Source of the DNA: Eledone cirrhosa
Taxonomy: Eukaryota
NCBI GenBank assembly: GCA_964016885.1
Contig: OZ024759.1
Span: 21,762,001-21,826,000 of the forward strand
Length of the DNA: 64,000 nt
Direction of reading: 5' to 3'
The notes under the pieces were generated by a model. It saw only the letters and a list, made by a program, of their open reading frames with translations, did no database searches and had not been told where the DNA came from. The translations under genes and the position numbers were made by a program. Shown here one piece after another: positions 60,277 through 64,000 of the stretch; positions within the stretch are counted from its first letter, which is position 1, and each line of letters begins with the position of its first letter.

Positions 60277-60746
60277 ATGTGTAAGTCAAACATGTTAAAG
60301 TTGAGTTCGTTTATTCTAATTCGCTGCTATATATATTTCAGTGACAGCTATTATTGGGTGTGACCTCATCAGGCAGTAAGAATTAAGCCAGAAAAAAACA
60401 GGAAAACATGATGCTGTAATGTGTTCTATCCTGTTAATTTCAATAGATTTCGGCTGGCGAGTGGTACGGTAGCTGACCAATGAGGTGGGACCATATCCTT
60501 CGGACGCTAAAATTCGTTTATTCTTGCTCATATGATTCCAGTTCCTTTGAGGACACACCCAGGAGCTGAACATATCGATGAATTAACAGGATAGAACACA
60601 TCCCAGCATCATGTTTTCCTGGGGTTTTTTTCTGCCTTAATTCTTACTGCCTGATGAGGTGACAGCCAATAATAGCTGTCACTGAAATATATATAGCAGC
60701 GAATTAGAATAAACGAACTCAACTTTAACCTCTTTGACTTACACAT
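60277..60746. mobile_element. Penelope-like inverted pseudo-LTR structure: ~165 bp arms, ~140 bp spacer
   Basis: Arms 60277-60439 and 60581-60746 are near reverse complements; each holds a hammerhead. Confidence 0.85.
60647..60699 (+). ncRNA. Type I hammerhead ribozyme (mirror copy 60324-60376 with weakened stem II)
   Basis: CTGC-CTGATGA-GGTGACAGC-CAATAATA-GCTGTCACT-GAAA-TATATA-TA-GCAG. Confidence 0.85.
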
Positions 60747-61313
60747 ATTATTTTACATTATTCGGGAGTGAACAAACCACCCTGCTCACTTCGTTGAGTG
60801 TTCCAACCAACATACTGAGGTGTCGGTAAACAACCAACACATACTCTCTATATATATATATTTTATGCTCTTGGCCAAGCCGGTATGAATTTTTTTTCTC
60901 TCTCTCTCTCGTCTGCGACTTCACAGAACTTATGTTTACCGAATTCGCAGACCAGACCCCTTCTTCCTCCCGTCAGACCTGTGCGAAATTCCTTCCTTGC
61001 TCACATTTCAACCAGGTTTGATGGTCTTTATTCTCTCGTTCACGATTTCACCGAATTTATATTCATAGAAATCTAGGACTTGTTTCTTTCTTCATCACTT
61101 TCTGTTGCTTAAACCATTTTGTTTGTTTACCCTAGCGACCCCTTTATTTACGTGTCCCAACGACTTTTTTTAGCCGTTGCTCGCACCAACCTGAGGTATA
61201 TGGCCTTTAAAGCGATGAAATGCCTACGACGGTTGGAAGGCCACTGATGAAGGACAAACTTTTTCATATGTAACCCATTTGCAACGCCGCAGCTCCATTA
61301 TTATCATATTTAC

Positions 61314-61375
<62 letters not shown>

Positions 61376-61434
61376 GTCTTGCTTTCTCCTCCATATATTT
61401 TTGATTTTATATACACAAACACACACATATATAT

Positions 61435-61500
61435 ATAAAGATTTACGCAGATTAGCAACACAGTATTGCTACTGTATCGTTAATCTGCGTAAATCTTTAT
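61435..61500. repeat. ~31 bp hairpin adjacent to (TA)n
   Basis: ATAAAGATTTACGCAGATTA...TAATCTGCGTAAATCTTTAT. Confidence 0.9.
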
Positions 61501-61780
61501 CTATTTGTAACTATTCCAAGGATTACTAATTACGAAACCCTCTAAGAATAACCCTACGATCGACCTCATGAAGTAAACCTCCAGTTGAGTCAATAACCAC
61601 TATATGCTGAAACAGTCCTCCATAAAAATAACCCTCACTCTTGAACTAGTGTAACTGAAAACGATATCTCGTATAACTATATATATATATAATATATATA
61701 TATATATTTATATATATTTATATATATGTAAGTATGTGTGTATACGTACATACATATATGTATACAGACGTACAGTAACA

Positions 61781-61866
<86 letters not shown>

Positions 61867-62017
61867 CAGGTACACATACATATATGCACGTATCAGTTTA
61901 GCGGACGTTTATTATAACGCCGCTTTGTTCGTTTGTAAACAAACTGAACAGCCTGAATTTTATGCCGTACGGTGTTAAGGCAACCACGTCACCTTTTTGT
62001 TCAACACTGACACAGGA

Positions 62018-62060
62018 ACGATGTACTAGTTTCAAGCTTGTTAGCTATCATCAGCACCGT
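62018..62060 (-). ncRNA. Minimal type I hammerhead ribozyme
   Basis: ACGGTG-CTGATGA-T-AGCT-AACA-AGCT-T-GAAA-CTAG-TA-CATCGT; GUA cleavage triplet, palindromic stem III. Confidence 0.8.
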
Positions 62061-62165
62061 ATACCCTTCTGCCAGATAGTTGAACGTTCGAAATTTACAT
62101 ACTTACATTTAAGTAAGTGCCGTACTAAGAGTGAGAAATGAAATTTCGTTTTCATTTTATTTCAA

Positions 62166-62227
<62 letters not shown>

Positions 62228-63319
62228 CTGTGTGTGTGCGTATTTTATTGCAGTTTAACTAATATACCTTCCTGCGAATCGTCTCCACCCACGCCAATTT
62301 GTTACATTTTTCTCCAAACTTTAGCTGCAAACATCAGACTTTAAAATAACTAATCACTATTTTACAGATATTTTTAGAAAAATATCTTGCGGTGATTTTT
62401 AAATATATTTTTAGATATATATGTGTGTGCCCGTGTGTGTGCGTGTGTTGTGTGTGTGTGTATGAATACATACATATAAATGTGTGTGTGCGTGTGCGCG
62501 TGTGTATTGTTTTTTTTTGGGGGGGGGGGGTCAGAACTTGGTGACTGTATATCATTAAGAATATGTTTTAATTTAGAAGTCAAACTGAACCATATTTATT
62601 TTTATCAAATCTTACATTGTACTTGGTGAATACTGCTACGTATATATATATATATATATCATCAATGATAGGAAGTGAATGTAAATCGGTGCAGAACAAA
62701 TATAGCAAAGTATATCGCTAAGATACTATATAGGGATTTCACTTTCCTCCTCCTTTCACTCCGACGAATATTGGTGAAGAACAAGCACAAGCATACACAC
62801 ACATACACATACCCTCCTTATTTACACACACACACACACACACATAAATATATATATATATACTTATATATTAAAAAAAATATATACTTATATATATATA
62901 TATTTATATATATACACATACACACCCTCCCTATTTACACTAACTCATGCTTACGCACGTGCTCAAGTATACCTCTTTTTACAAAACGGTTTTTTTTACC
63001 TTTTTAGGTAGACGTCGCCATCATCCACTTTTCTAAAAAAACAAATCATACACTAAACGCCAGCACCAACAATTTTGCAAGAGATGTCATCATGAATGGA
63101 CCTGTTATTTTTATCTAAAGACATTTTTCCAATTCCCGCCCGTTTCCTCAATCTATTTTATTTCTCATTGTTTCTTCTGATAAAGGACTAGCGTCCGAAA
63201 CGTTAAGTACCCTTTTCCTGCTATATCAAGCGTTAACCTAATATATACCTTCCATATACTGTACCGATTGTGTTGTTATTTCTGTTTACCTTTTACATAC
63301 ATATATATATATATTAATA

Positions 63320-63678
<359 letters not shown>

Positions 63679-63749
63679 TATATACACACACACAGACACA
63701 TATATATACAAATATATATATACATATATATACAAATATATATATACAT

Positions 63750-63809
<60 letters not shown>

Positions 63810-64000
63810 CTGTTTCTATCTCTGTTTATCTATCTATCTATCTTCGAAAACTTACACACCAGGAGCACTTACTACTCCCCTCCCCCACATACACACCACA
63901 CACATACACAGCACACACACCACACATATATACATAGAAATCTAATGTGAAAGTATTGTTTCAGTGATTCCAGTGATTCCCCTAACAGATATCAATGGCG

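Noticed and set aside
61240-61275. CTGATGAAGGAC hammerhead start
   Set aside because: No complementary stem II strand or GAAA; truncated at best
63008-63120. Plus-strand exon with FCKRCHHEW zinc-finger-like motif
   Set aside because: Good acceptor, but that frame has a stop and no donor was found

Overview
AT-rich, microsatellite-dominated animal DNA, most likely octopus/cephalopod (inferred from the SINE families and repeat load). Almost every ORF in the supplied track is an artefact of (TA)n/(CA)n/(GA)n repeats. The window holds about 20 copies of one tRNA-derived SINE, several CORE-type SINEs, RTE-clade LINE 3' ends, an L1/Tx1-type endonuclease fragment, small TIR MITEs (Tc1/mariner-, hAT-, piggyBac-type) and many minisatellites. 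Main signal: at least 7 distinct families of short (about 100-450 bp) non-coding elements lie in or against (TA)n tracts. Each carries a type I hammerhead ribozyme (CUGANGA...GAAA-palindrome-UH, stems I and II formable), intact at 21239, 39878/40031, 45555, 60647 and 62018 and decayed elsewhere. Many are folded back as long inverted repeats. This fits microsatellite-targeting Penelope-like pseudo-LTRs or retrozymes. Second signal: a chain of minus-strand exons with good splice sites from about 51 kb to 7 kb (RFX X-box-like promoter, PH-like, Pro-rich, Asn-rich and PUB-like segments) carrying stops and frameshifts, plus an inverted paralogue of one exon at 58.8 kb. No intact protein-coding gene can be asserted. 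All calls were made by eye without database searches.
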